This document shows positions 49,099-59,118 of a stretch of 64,000 bases of DNA, piece after piece (the stretch's first letter is position 1; each line of letters opens with the position of its first letter). Made by a program: the position numbers and the translations under genes. This DNA comes from Acidobacteriota bacterium (lineage in GTDB: Bacteria > Acidobacteriota > UBA890 > WLXD01). The stretch lies in the NCBI GenBank assembly GCA_963666055.2, contig CAXWPH010000015.1, positions 1,120,001 to 1,184,000 on the forward strand. Direction: 5' to 3'. The notes under the pieces were generated by a model. The model saw nothing but the letters and a program-made list of their open reading frames with translations, made no database searches and was not told the origin of the DNA.

Positions 49099-50840
49099 TC
49101 GCCTGCCTCCCATCCTCTCCAGTTGAGATAAAGCGGCACGGTCACCACAAGGTGCGATCGGCCGCGTAGCGGGTGCTCTTGTCCAATCTCGTCGTAGGCG
49201 GCCACCACCCAGACGTCGCCGATGTTATTGCGGTTGCCGACGCGCTCAGGGTTCGGTCCGTCGACCGCGGGGGTGAAGAGCCCATTGTCGTCGAGAGTAC
49301 CGACATACTCCAGGTCCTCGTCGTTGAACGTCGCGGCGTACTCCTCGAGGCTCCAGTCCACCTCGACGACGCCCAGGTCGAGGTCGTCTGCTGTTCCGGG
49401 CTCACCGTCGGGCCCGTTGGAAGTGCCGAAGGCCTCGAACTGCGCCAGTTGCTTGGGCGCGACCTCGCCGCCGAGACGCGCCATGCCCCATTCGGGCGAG
49501 ACGCGGATGGAGTCGACCTGTTCGTACACCACCAGGCCTTCCGGTCGGCTTATGTCGCGCACGAAGACATCGCGCAACCCGACCGCAGCGTCGTCGGCAG
49601 CGCTGGCGCGAACGCGAATCGCGCTGTCGCTCGCCTCGATTACCTCGGTGACCTCGACCCCTGGGCCGAGATCGATATCCGCTGTGGTCACATCGGCCGG
49701 CAGATTGGCGCCGAAGATCGTTACTTCGCTGGACCCACCGTCGCTGCGGAGCGCTACTGGGTAGACGCCCGCGATCAACGGAACGTCAGCACGGTACAGC
49801 GTCACGTCGATGCCGATCTCGTCGTACGCGCCGGTGAACCAGCGGCCTTCCATCGTGCGCCAGTCGCGCTCGACGAACATCACCTCACGTAGAGATCCCA
49901 TGAGGTTGCCTTCAGTGCTCGAGCGGCCGCGCCACTGGAAGCCGGTATAGACGATGGCCCGGCCGCTGCGTCGCCTGGTGATCCCGGTGCGCGGGTTGGT
50001 GAGCGCTGCCTCGGTGCGGAACTGGCTGTCGCTGTCGTTCACCGCGCTGATCTCGACCGTGCCATAGACCGGACCATGACCCGGCGAATGGCCGGCAACC
50101 GCCCAGCGGCCGGCGAGACGCGCCGGTCGACGGTTCGCCGACCATGCCGACCACTCGGGAGTGTCGAGCGGGAAGGCCTCGGAGAGGTGCGCGATCGCCT
50201 TGTCCATCGGATGTCCGGAGTCGGCGTCGTCTGCGGCGGGGCCAGATCGCTGCGTACGCCGGAACGCTTGAAAGTCAACGTACGGGAAGTAGCCGCGGTG
50301 CATGGCGATAAGCAGCCCCCACTCGTCCTTGGTGCGGCGCTCGGTGATCACCCGGCCCATCGAATGGCATTGGATGCAGGTCGTCTCGGTGTCGTCGTCG
50401 GCGGTGTAGTCGTGGTCGATCAGCCGCCGCTCAGCCTCGAAGGCGCCCGGCTTGGCCTCCTCGGGAGCCAGCCCGTGGTTGTCGGACAGGTAGCGCACGA
50501 TGTCGCGGGCCATGGCGGGATCGAGCTCGACCCCGTTGAGCATCACCATACGTCGCAGCGTCTGTTGCCATCCTTCAGGTGACTTACGGATGTAGGAGAT
50601 CCGCGTCATATGCCCGTCGTCGTCGACGGCGTGACAAGAGGCGCAGTTGGACACGGTAGCTTCGTCGGTGACCGGGATACCGGCGGCCTTCGAATCGTCG
50701 TCAGAGTCGTTCGAGGTGCCTTCCGACTGCAGTAGTGCGGCGCTCGAGAACGGCGGGGCGGCAAACCCCAGGCTCATGACGACGACAAGCGAAGCCAACA
50801 GGCGGATTCGCGCCGGCGGAAAAACTATTCCTCTGATCAT
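49095..50840 (-). CDS. qhpA: Quinohemoprotein amine dehydrogenase alpha subunit (diheme c)
   Basis: Signal peptide; CASCH and CIQCH; RIS..RKSPEGW, GRAIVYTGFQWR, GPNPER...NNIGD, HLVVTVP. Confidence 0.95.
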   Translation of the reverse strand: MIRGIVFPPARIRLLASLVVVMSLGFAAPPFSSAALLQSEGTSNDSDDDSKAAGIPVTDEATVSNCASCHAVDDDGHMTRISYIRKSPEGWQQTLRRMVMLNGVELDPAMARDIVRYLSDNHGLAPEEAKPGAFEAERRLIDHDYTADDDTETTCIQCHSMGRVITERRTKDEWGLLIAMHRGYFPYVDFQAFRRTQRSGPAADDADSGHPMDKAIAHLSEAFPLDTPEWSAWSANRRPARLAGRWAVAGHSPGHGPVYGTVEISAVNDSDSQFRTEAALTNPRTGITRRRSGRAIVYTGFQWRGRSSTEGNLMGSLREVMFVERDWRTMEGRWFTGAYDEIGIDVTLYRADVPLIAGVYPVALRSDGGSSEVTIFGANLPADVTTADIDLGPGVEVTEVIEASDSAIRVRASAADDAAVGLRDVFVRDISRPEGLVVYEQVDSIRVSPEWGMARLGGEVAPKQLAQFEAFGTSNGPDGEPGTADDLDLGVVEVDWSLEEYAATFNDEDLEYVGTLDDNGLFTPAVDGPNPERVGNRNNIGDVWVVAAYDEIGQEHPLRGRSHLVVTVPLYLNWRGWEAGE

Positions 50841-50897
50841 CGAGTCCTCAGGCAGGAGGGCGAAGGTCAGGCGGGAGCGGCTGCCCGGAAGTTTCTA

Positions 50898-52391
50898 TCA
50901 CGCAGCGCCGTTTCTGAGGAACCCCTTGGCCAAAAGCACCGATAAAGCTCCGACGAAGTCGGGTAGAGCGACTGCTGGGTAGTGCTCGTTGTATGCGGCG
51001 AACAGGTCGGGTACCTGCTCGTGGTCTGGAGCCAGCGCCATCAGGTGTCGTACGTCGATCCCGCGGAGGAAGCGGAGCCCGCCGGGAATGGCAGGTGTCG
51101 CCAGGCGCTGTTCCATTACCACGCGCCGATCGCCGATCGCGGGCGCCTCGATTACCTGCACGGTCGGCTCGACCACCAGCTGGATCGACGTGCCTGCCTT
51201 GAGTGCTTCGAATGCCGACAGAACCTCGCGATCGGCGCGGAGCGCGTCGACATCGTCGGGCGCGGCTTGCTGATCGTCGCCAATGGAGCGGCCGGTCCAG
51301 AACGGGTGATGGTGATCCTCCGCTACCGCCTCAAAGAAACGTGAGGCCTGCGAGCGGAAGCTGTCGTACATCTGTCGCTCGCGATCGGCAAAGAGCGCCG
51401 CGGCCGCATCGTGCAGCGCTGGCTCTCGCAGCCACGTATTGCTCACGATCGCCGCCAGCCAGCCCGACGCCAGGGCCTTCTTAACCCCAAACGACGATAG
51501 CGGATCGATGCACGAAGCGGCGTCGCCGAGCAGCAGAAAGTGCTCGCCGAACACCTGCTCGGCACGATACCAGGAGGCATCGCAGCCCCAGGGCTCGGAG
51601 TCGAGATTGGCGCCGTGGAGCAAACGTTTGAACGCCGCGGTGCGCTCTAGCGCTTCTAGGTAGCGCTGCTTCACCGTCCCGCGCGACAGCTCCGATACCT
51701 GTGGATCGAGCATGCACGTGAAATAGCGGTGGCCGGTGCCGACCGGAACGGACCATGCCCAGCCTTCGGCGAACGATTCCACCAGGGTGTGGGTATCATC
51801 TGCCAGGTCCCAGGGGTCGTCGCGCTGCCAGGTTCCGATCAACGCCACGGTGCGAGATGGCTCGGGCTCCGGGTGCCATCCCATGGACCGAGCAACCACG
51901 CCCTGTCGTCCGGATGCGTCGAGCAGGTAGCGCGCCGACACTTCGCCCGCACCGTTTTCTGTGGCGTAGCGGACTCGTGCGGGCTCGATCTCGACGGCGA
52001 CGTCGACCACGGTGGCGTCGCGAACCACTGTCGCGCCGGCGGTCTCTGCCGCGGCGAGGAGCAAGCCGTCGAACTCCGCGTGCCGCACCTGGTAGCCGGT
52101 CTCACCGCCGGCAAAGCACTCGGAGCGCGGTGCACCGCCGCCCCACCAGACGGTGTTGCCAGTCGAGCGCACGAACCCCGCGATGTCGACGGCGTCGAGC
52201 ACGCCGATCTCACGCAGGAGCTTGCGAACGCTTGGCGGCAACGATACCGCCAGACTGCGCTCCGGGTCCTCGGGGCGGGTCATCACCACGACGTCGTACC
52301 CCCAGAGCGCCAGCAGCCGCCCGGCGGCGGCTCCCGCCGGCCCGCCGCCGACGATGGCCACGTCGTACACGCGCCCGTCGCGGGTTACCAC
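50898..52391 (-). CDS. qhpG: FAD-dependent monooxygenase for CTQ tryptophan hydroxylation
   Basis: DVAIVGGGPAG, DASGR, GWAWSVP, LGDAASCIDPLSSFGV; directly upstream of qhpA. Confidence 0.8.
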   Translation of the reverse strand: MVTRDGRVYDVAIVGGGPAGAAAGRLLALWGYDVVVMTRPEDPERSLAVSLPPSVRKLLREIGVLDAVDIAGFVRSTGNTVWWGGGAPRSECFAGGETGYQVRHAEFDGLLLAAAETAGATVVRDATVVDVAVEIEPARVRYATENGAGEVSARYLLDASGRQGVVARSMGWHPEPEPSRTVALIGTWQRDDPWDLADDTHTLVESFAEGWAWSVPVGTGHRYFTCMLDPQVSELSRGTVKQRYLEALERTAAFKRLLHGANLDSEPWGCDASWYRAEQVFGEHFLLLGDAASCIDPLSSFGVKKALASGWLAAIVSNTWLREPALHDAAAALFADRERQMYDSFRSQASRFFEAVAEDHHHPFWTGRSIGDDQQAAPDDVDALRADREVLSAFEALKAGTSIQLVVEPTVQVIEAPAIGDRRVVMEQRLATPAIPGGLRFLRGIDVRHLMALAPDHEQVPDLFAAYNEHYPAVALPDFVGALSVLLAKGFLRNGAA

Positions 52392-52448
52392 CGGATCGCC
52401 GCCGATGCCCCGTGCCCGTCGATCGAATCAGCGACCGGCACAGCCGCT

Positions 52449-53684
52449 TCAGACGGTTTCGGGAGTGCGGGGGGGCGGCGCGCCACTGGCTCTCAGAACG
52501 ATGAAGGCGCCGGCGCCGAGCAGAGCCGCGAAAGCAAACGAGACACCAGGGAAGCTCACCACTGCGTCGGCCGCCGTGAAGCGGCGAAACAGCTGCGTCA
52601 TCAACGGCGGCCCGATAATGGCCGAGACACTGAACAGGCTCGCCACCGCCCCTTGCAGTTCACCCTGTGCATCCGGTGGGACCCGCTGCGACAACAGGGA
52701 CTGGGTCGAGGGCATCACCAGCGCGCCGAGCAGCCAGGTGAGCTGAAGCGCGAACATCATCCAGCCGTGTGACGCGAAGGCATACCCGACGAACCCCACG
52801 CCACCGACGATCAAACCAAGCGAAGCGGTGAGATGCTCGCCCAACTTTGGAACCACGATGCGCGGCAGCGTGCTCTGGCCGACCACCATGATGATCCCGA
52901 AGGACGCCAGTGAGGCGCCGATCATGGCCTCCGACCAGCCGAACTTGAGCATCGTGTAGTAGGTCCAGACGCTCGGCATCACCTGGTGTGCGACCTGCCA
53001 CAGAAAGAGTGCCGCCAGCATGCCGAGCACCGCCGGATAGCGTCGAATCTGCAGCAAAGTACCGACCGGGTTAGCGCGCCGCCATTTGAACTGTCGCCGC
53101 TTGTCGTCGGCAAGCGTTTCCGGCAGCACGAACATACCGTAGACGAAGTTGGCCAAGCTCAGCCCGGCGGCGACGAAGAACGGAGTTCGCGGGCCGTAGG
53201 CACCCAGCAGGCCACCGATTGCCGGGCCGAGAATGAACCCGGCACCGAAAGCGGCGCCAATCATGCCGAAGTTCTGTGCCCGCTTCTCCGGCGGACTGAT
53301 GTCGGTGATGTACGCGTACGCGGTGGTAAACGAGGCTCCCGCGATTCCCGCCAGCGCACGCCCGACGAACAGCCAGGCAATCGTCGGCGCCATGGCCATC
53401 ACCAGGTAGTCGATGCCGAGGGAGGCAACCGAGTACAGCAATATGGGTCGCCGCCCGAATCGATCGCTCAGGTTGCCGAGGATCGGAGCGCACACGAACT
53501 GCATCATGGCGTAGGAGAACGCCAACCAGCCGCCGAAGATGGAGGCGCGGCTGAGCCCTTCCCCGGTCAGCTCCATGATGAGCTCCGGGGTGACCGGGAT
53601 GATGATCCCCAGTCCGACGGTATCCATCAGCACGGTCAGCAGCACGAAGACGAGCGCCAGCTTTCCAGGAGCTCGAGGGGACAT
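52449..53684 (-). CDS. TCR/Tet-family MFS efflux transporter
   Basis: [55 protein letters not shown]. Confidence 0.92.
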   Translation of the reverse strand: MSPRAPGKLALVFVLLTVLMDTVGLGIIIPVTPELIMELTGEGLSRASIFGGWLAFSYAMMQFVCAPILGNLSDRFGRRPILLYSVASLGIDYLVMAMAPTIAWLFVGRALAGIAGASFTTAYAYITDISPPEKRAQNFGMIGAAFGAGFILGPAIGGLLGAYGPRTPFFVAAGLSLANFVYGMFVLPETLADDKRRQFKWRRANPVGTLLQIRRYPAVLGMLAALFLWQVAHQVMPSVWTYYTMLKFGWSEAMIGASLASFGIIMVVGQSTLPRIVVPKLGEHLTASLGLIVGGVGFVGYAFASHGWMMFALQLTWLLGALVMPSTQSLLSQRVPPDAQGELQGAVASLFSVSAIIGPPLMTQLFRRFTAADAVVSFPGVSFAFAALLGAGAFIVLRASGAPPPRTPETV

Positions 53685-53897
53685 GACCGCCCTTTCCGCC
53701 GGTTGAGACCGACCTCTATGAGGTTGGCCAGTACGCCGAGCACCGACCACGTTGGCCTACTCTGCCATGTGTCGCTGCCGAGTGTCCCACCACCGACCAG
53801 GCTCGCAGCAAGGTCACGCCGCGGTCGCGCAGCCGCGACTGTCAGCGCAGCATCGCGGTGTGAGACGCCACCGACCGGGTCTTGTAAGGTGGCAGCA

Positions 53898-54719
53898 ATG
53901 CCTGATCGAGCCGCGCGCTGCGTACCCGACACCCTGGTACAGGACTACGCTCGAGATGGCGCCGTCGTGGTGCGCGGTCTGTTTTCCGCTGACGAGATCG
54001 AGCTGTTGCGCGAGGGCATCGACGCCAATATCGCCTCGCCGAGCCCACGCTCGCTCGTCGCCAGCCGGCCCGATGACCCCGGTTGGTTCATGGAGGACTT
54101 CTGCAACTGGCAGGACAACCCTGCATATCGCCGCTTCATCGAGGAGACGGCGGTCGCGCCCGCCGCGGCGCGGCTGATGCAGTCGCGCCAGGTGCGTCTC
54201 TTCCACGACCACATGCTGGTGAAAGAGCCCGGCACCGCGCAACGCACTGCGTGGCACCAGGATCAGCCGTTCTACAACGTCGACGGGCGCCAGAACGTCA
54301 GCTTCTGGATTCCCGTCGATCCGGTTCCCGAGGAGTGGACGCTCGAGTTCGTGGCCGGCTCGCACACGGGTCCTTGGCTCATGCCGCGCACCTTCATGAC
54401 GGCCGAGGCCCGGTGGTTTCCCGCCGGCTCACTCCAAGAGGTCCCCGATATCGAGGCCGATCGCGACGCCTACCGCATCCTCCGTTGGGCCATCGAGCCC
54501 GGCGATGCCGTCGCCTTCCACATGCTGACGTTGCACGGGGCGGCCGGAGTGCAAGGAACACAACGACGACGCGTTTTCTCCGTGCGCCTGTTGGGCGACG
54601 ATATAGTCCACGCACCGCGGCCGTGGAAGACGTCGCCCGAGTTCCCCGGCATTGACGAGGAGCTGCCCGCCGGTAGCCCGATGGACCACTCGCTCTTCCC
54701 GGTGCTGGCGCAGAGTTAG
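53898..54719 (+). CDS. Phytanoyl-CoA dioxygenase (PhyH) family Fe(II)/2-OG dioxygenase
   Basis: YARDGAVV.RG, FHDHMLVKEPG, WHQD, PGDAVAFH..TLHGA, RRR.FS.R. Confidence 0.92.
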   Translation: MPDRAARCVPDTLVQDYARDGAVVVRGLFSADEIELLREGIDANIASPSPRSLVASRPDDPGWFMEDFCNWQDNPAYRRFIEETAVAPAAARLMQSRQVRLFHDHMLVKEPGTAQRTAWHQDQPFYNVDGRQNVSFWIPVDPVPEEWTLEFVAGSHTGPWLMPRTFMTAEARWFPAGSLQEVPDIEADRDAYRILRWAIEPGDAVAFHMLTLHGAAGVQGTQRRRVFSVRLLGDDIVHAPRPWKTSPEFPGIDEELPAGSPMDHSLFPVLAQS

Positions 54720-54823
54720 CGCCCCGGCGCGCCGGCCAGGGGATCCCGTTCGTAGCGCCGGGCCGCTTGCTGCCGATAGAATGCTCGAGGCATAGAGGAC
54801 ACTAACTCCCCAAGGAGAACGGC

Positions 54824-55924
54824 ATGAACAAGCGCGTCCTTACCTGGTGCATTGCTGCCGCGATCGCGGTGTCGCTGGGCTGGATCTACCTGGATGAGGA
54901 AGGCACGCTGGTCGATCCGCCGATGCGGTCGATTGGTGCGCTCGAGTTCGCCGACGGCGTGCTCTTCGCTGGCGACTCGGTCGGCGGCACGCTCTACGCG
55001 CTGGAGGTTGGCAGCGCCGGCACGGCGCCGGATGAATTCCAAGCGGTGAGCAACCTCGACGCCAAGATTGCCGAGATGCTCGGGACCACGTCGTCCGAGA
55101 TCTTCGTCAAGGACATGGCGGCCGACAGCAAGTCGGGGGTCGCGTACCTGTCGATCATGCGGGGTGGCGGCAACGATGCGGCACCCGCGTTGATGAAGGT
55201 CACGCCAGACGGACAGGTGCACCACGTCGACCTGGCGCAGGTAGCCTATACGAGGCACGACCTGACCAACGCCCCGGACGACGACCCGAGTGAGCGTCGA
55301 AACCCGCGCTCGATGACGATCACCGACATCGAATTGCTCGGCGACGAGCTGTTCGTGGCGGGTCTGTCGAACGAGGAGTTCGCTTCGGTCATGCGGCGGG
55401 TTCGCTGGCCGTTCGCGTCTGCTTCCAAGGCTACCGGGCTCGAGATCTACCACGGTGCGCACGCCCAGTACGAGACTCACGCGCCGATCTACACGTTCCT
55501 GCCGCTCGTGCTGGACGGCGAGCAGCACCTGCTCGCCGGTTATCTGTGCACGCCGCTGGCGACCTTCTCGGTCGAGGAGATGCGCGGCGCCGACCGCATG
55601 CGCGGCAAGACGATTGCCGAGCTCGGCTTCGGTAACGTGCCGATCGACATGGTGTTGCTCGAACAGAACGGCGAGCAGTACGTCCTGATGACCAACTCCC
55701 GTCGTGGCACGATGAAGATCCCGATGAGCGACATCCGCGCGGCGCAGAGCAAGCCGAGCATCGAGCAAGAGGTCGGCCCGCGCACCGGCGTCGACTACGA
55801 GGGTGCGCCGCTGGGTCTGGTGGTGCAGATCGACAAGCTACGTGCCGACACGTTGTTGATACTCGAGCGCATGCCCGAGAACGGGGCGCTGAGGCTTTCC
55901 GCGCGCCCTTCCGAGTGGATCTGA
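54824..55924 (+). CDS. Hypothetical exported beta-rich protein
   Basis: AAGGAG RBS; N-terminal hydrophobic segment; motifs AGLSNEEFAS, EIYHGAHAQYETHAP, YLCTPL, KTIAELGFGN.P.DM. Confidence 0.75.
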   Translation: MNKRVLTWCIAAAIAVSLGWIYLDEEGTLVDPPMRSIGALEFADGVLFAGDSVGGTLYALEVGSAGTAPDEFQAVSNLDAKIAEMLGTTSSEIFVKDMAADSKSGVAYLSIMRGGGNDAAPALMKVTPDGQVHHVDLAQVAYTRHDLTNAPDDDPSERRNPRSMTITDIELLGDELFVAGLSNEEFASVMRRVRWPFASASKATGLEIYHGAHAQYETHAPIYTFLPLVLDGEQHLLAGYLCTPLATFSVEEMRGADRMRGKTIAELGFGNVPIDMVLLEQNGEQYVLMTNSRRGTMKIPMSDIRAAQSKPSIEQEVGPRTGVDYEGAPLGLVVQIDKLRADTLLILERMPENGALRLSARPSEWI

Positions 55925-55940
55925 GCTGAACAAGATTCGG

Positions 55941-57041
55941 TTGACCGCGGCCGCGACGCTGATCGCGGCCGCGGTGTCAACCGGGTGTGCGGATCCGCCT
56001 GCTGACAAGCCTGAGCTGCGCTTCGTCGGTGATTCCGAGACCGGTTGGTATGTCGAGTTGACCGGAGTCGGCGCCGGTGAGCCGAATCTGGAGATCTACA
56101 CGGGTACGCCCGAGCAGCTCGATGGCCAACGGCTGCCTGTCATCGGTCGCCTGACACTGGATCGCGGCGTCGCCCGTTGGCGGCCTCGCTACCGGCTCGC
56201 CGCCGGTCAGACCTACACTGCGGTTTGGTGGCGCGACGATGACGAGAGGCTGGTGCGCGCGTTCACCGCGCCGCGCCGAGACGGCGCGGCCACGACGGTG
56301 GTGCGCGCCGTGTACCCGGCTGTGGAGACGGTTCCAGAGAACCTCTTGCGTCTGTACGTGCAATTCTCGGCGCCGATGAGCCGCGGTCGCGCGCGCCAGT
56401 TTCTCGAGCTGGTAGACGCCGATGGCAACGTTGTCAGCGGCGCCTTCGTGGTTCCCGAACAGGAGCTCTGGAGTCCGGATGGCGACCGCCTGACGCTGTT
56501 CTTCGACCCGGGCCGCATCAAGCAGGACGTCGGGCCGAACCTGGCCCTGGGAGCGCCGCTGCGCGCCGGGCAGACGATCACGCTACGTGTTTCTGCCGAC
56601 TGGCCCGACGGCGACAGCGCCCCCCTTGCCGAGGGTTTTGAACGCACCTGGATCGTCGGTCCGGCCGATCGGTCTCGTCCTGAGGCCGCCGACTGGACTC
56701 TATCCGCCCCGGCGGTGCCGGAGGCGCCGGTCGAGCTGTGGCTCGCTGAACCGCTCGATCACGCGCTGCTCGAACGCCTCATCACCGTCGAGTCATCGAG
56801 TGGGGAGCGGGTTCACGGCCGGTCGCTGGTATCCGACGGGGATCGACGCTGGGCGTTTACGCCCGACGAGCCGTGGTTGCCGGGTGCCTACCTCCTCCGT
56901 GTGGACCCGGCTCTGGAGGACCTTGCCGGCAACAGCCTGTCGCGGCTATTCGACCAGCCTTTCGATGCGGAGCGCGTCGGAACGCCAGCGATGGCGCCGC
57001 TACAGCTGCCTTTCGAGCTCGACGCTGGCGCGGCACGCTAG
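55941..57041 (+). CDS. Hypothetical lipoprotein with Ig-like (SbsA/Big_5-like) domains
   Basis: Lipobox-like STGC; VYP...VPENLLRLYVQFSAPM, LTLFFDPGRIK, W.FTP..PW..G.Y, LEDLAGN. Confidence 0.7.
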   Translation: MTAAATLIAAAVSTGCADPPADKPELRFVGDSETGWYVELTGVGAGEPNLEIYTGTPEQLDGQRLPVIGRLTLDRGVARWRPRYRLAAGQTYTAVWWRDDDERLVRAFTAPRRDGAATTVVRAVYPAVETVPENLLRLYVQFSAPMSRGRARQFLELVDADGNVVSGAFVVPEQELWSPDGDRLTLFFDPGRIKQDVGPNLALGAPLRAGQTITLRVSADWPDGDSAPLAEGFERTWIVGPADRSRPEAADWTLSAPAVPEAPVELWLAEPLDHALLERLITVESSSGERVHGRSLVSDGDRRWAFTPDEPWLPGAYLLRVDPALEDLAGNSLSRLFDQPFDAERVGTPAMAPLQLPFELDAGAAR

Positions 57042-57183
57042 TGTTTCTCGGCTGGCGCCCGCTCCGCTAGCTTCTGCGTGTAAGGTTGGCGTTCGCGAGC
57101 GCGGTTAACCGACGATCTTCCCGGAGATCGCCCGGGCGATCGATATTACGTGCTGATCCGCGACACCGACGATTGGAGCAGCG

Positions 57184-59079
57184 ATGGAGAGCCGCCAGTC
57201 AGACCTCCACAGACGATCGTTGCAGGACCCGGCCGAGTTCTGGGCCGAGGCTGCCGAGGACGTTCACTGGTATCGCCGCTGGGATCGCGTGCTAGATGAC
57301 TCCAACCCGCCCTTCTACCGATGGTTTCCCGGCGCTCTAGTCAACACGTGCTACAACGCCGTCGATCGGCACGTCGAGTCGGGGCGCGCCGAGCAGCTGG
57401 CGCTGGTGCACGATAGCCCGGTCACCGGTACGACCGCGAGCCTGACGTATGCCGAGCTCCAGGATCGGGTAGCGAGATTCGCCGGGGGGTTGGCGGCGCG
57501 TGGGGTCGAGAAGGGCGACCGCGTGATCATTTACATGCCAGCGGTGCCAGAGGCGATCGTCGCGATGCTGGCGTGCGGTCGTATCGGCGCGATCCACTCG
57601 GTGGTTTTCGGGGGCTTCGCGTCAAACGAGCTCGCCACTCGCATCGACGACGCCAAACCCAAGGTGATCGTGTCAGCCTCCTGCGGCATCGAGGTCACTC
57701 GCGTCATCGAGTACAAGCCGCTCCTCGATAAGGCGATCGAGATGGCGTTGTTCAAGCCTGATTGCTGCATCATCCTGCAGCGCCCACAGGCCTTGGCAAC
57801 AATGGTGAATGAGCGCGACGTCGATTGGCTGGAGGTGGCCGACGAGGAGCCCGTCGATTGTCTGCCGGTGGCGGCCACCGACCCGCTGTACATCCTCTAT
57901 ACGTCGGGAACCACCGGCGTCCCCAAGGGCGTGGTACGCGACCACGGAGGTCATCTGGTGGCCCTCAAGTGGACGATGAAGAACGTCTACGACGTCGACC
58001 CCGGTGAGGTGTACTGGGCTGCCTCCGACGTTGGCTGGATTGTCGGCCACTCCTACATCGTCTATGCGCCTCTGTTCCATGGCTGTACCACTGTGCTGTA
58101 CGAGGGCAAGCCGGTGGGCACGCCGGATCCCGGCGCGTTTTGGCGGGTCATCTCCGACCACAAGGTCAACGTGATGTTCACGGCGCCCACTGCATTTCGG
58201 GCCATCAAGCGCGAGGATCCGGAGGGCGAGTTCATGCAGCGCTACGATCTGAGTTGCTTCCGGGCTCTGTTCCTCGCCGGCGAGCGCTGCGATGCCGACA
58301 CCCTCGAGTGGGCGCAGCGGCGGCTCGGTGTCCAGGTGGTCGATCACTGGTGGCAGACGGAAACCAGCTGGGCGATCGGTGCCAACTGTGCTGGGTTAGG
58401 TGATCTGCCCGTCAAACCGGGCTCGTGCGGCCTGGCCGTCCCCGGCTACGACGTGCGGGTGCTCGACGACGCCGGCAACGAGGTCGCAGTCGGCGAGACC
58501 GGTAGCATCGCCATCAAGACGCCGTTGCCGCCCGGCTGCCTACCCACCCTGTGGAACAACGATGACGGTTTCGTCGACACCTACCTCAGCGCCTTTCCCG
58601 GTTACTACTCGACCGCCGACGCCGGCTTCAAGGACGAGGACGGCTACTTGTGGATCATGAGCCGCACCGACGACATCATCAACGTCGCCGGCCATCGGCT
58701 CTCGACCGGCGGTATGGAGGAAGTTCTCGCCGCGCACCAGGACGTAGCCGAGTGCGCCGTGATGGGCGTGCCCGATGCCATCAAGGGCGAGATTCCTGTC
58801 GGAATGATCGTGCTCAAGGCCAACGTCGAGCGGGCCGATGACGAGATCATCGGCGAGCTCGTGCAGATGATCCGCTCGCAGATCGGACCGGTGGCCTCGT
58901 TCAAGGTCGCAACGATCGTCCGGCGTCTTCCCAAGACTCGCTCCGGCAAGATACTGCGCGGAACCATGCGCAAGATCGCTGCTGGTGAGGAGTTCAAGAT
59001 ACCGGCAACGATCGACGAGCCGGCGATCCTGGATGAGATCGCCGATTCCCTAGGTCGGCTCGGATACCCGGCCAGCTGA
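57184..59079 (+). CDS. prpE: Propionyl-CoA synthetase (acetate/propionate-CoA ligase family)
   Basis: DPAEFW, NTCYNAVDRH, HSVVFGGFA, YILYTSGTTGVPKG, DHWWQTET, LPKTRSGKILR. Confidence 0.9.
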   Translation: MESRQSDLHRRSLQDPAEFWAEAAEDVHWYRRWDRVLDDSNPPFYRWFPGALVNTCYNAVDRHVESGRAEQLALVHDSPVTGTTASLTYAELQDRVARFAGGLAARGVEKGDRVIIYMPAVPEAIVAMLACGRIGAIHSVVFGGFASNELATRIDDAKPKVIVSASCGIEVTRVIEYKPLLDKAIEMALFKPDCCIILQRPQALATMVNERDVDWLEVADEEPVDCLPVAATDPLYILYTSGTTGVPKGVVRDHGGHLVALKWTMKNVYDVDPGEVYWAASDVGWIVGHSYIVYAPLFHGCTTVLYEGKPVGTPDPGAFWRVISDHKVNVMFTAPTAFRAIKREDPEGEFMQRYDLSCFRALFLAGERCDADTLEWAQRRLGVQVVDHWWQTETSWAIGANCAGLGDLPVKPGSCGLAVPGYDVRVLDDAGNEVAVGETGSIAIKTPLPPGCLPTLWNNDDGFVDTYLSAFPGYYSTADAGFKDEDGYLWIMSRTDDIINVAGHRLSTGGMEEVLAAHQDVAECAVMGVPDAIKGEIPVGMIVLKANVERADDEIIGELVQMIRSQIGPVASFKVATIVRRLPKTRSGKILRGTMRKIAAGEEFKIPATIDEPAILDEIADSLGRLGYPAS

Positions 59080-59118
59080 CCACGGCCTGCTGGACCACAG
59101 TTCTCGAGAGGGAGATCC

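Noticed and set aside
50898-52391. Tryptophan halogenase of a secondary-metabolite cluster
   Set aside because: The WxWxxP-like motif is shared across the family, and its position beside qhpA fits QhpG better.
52449-53684. Acquired tetracycline resistance gene
   Set aside because: Host-like composition, no adjacent tetR or mobile element; substrate cannot be inferred from family motifs.
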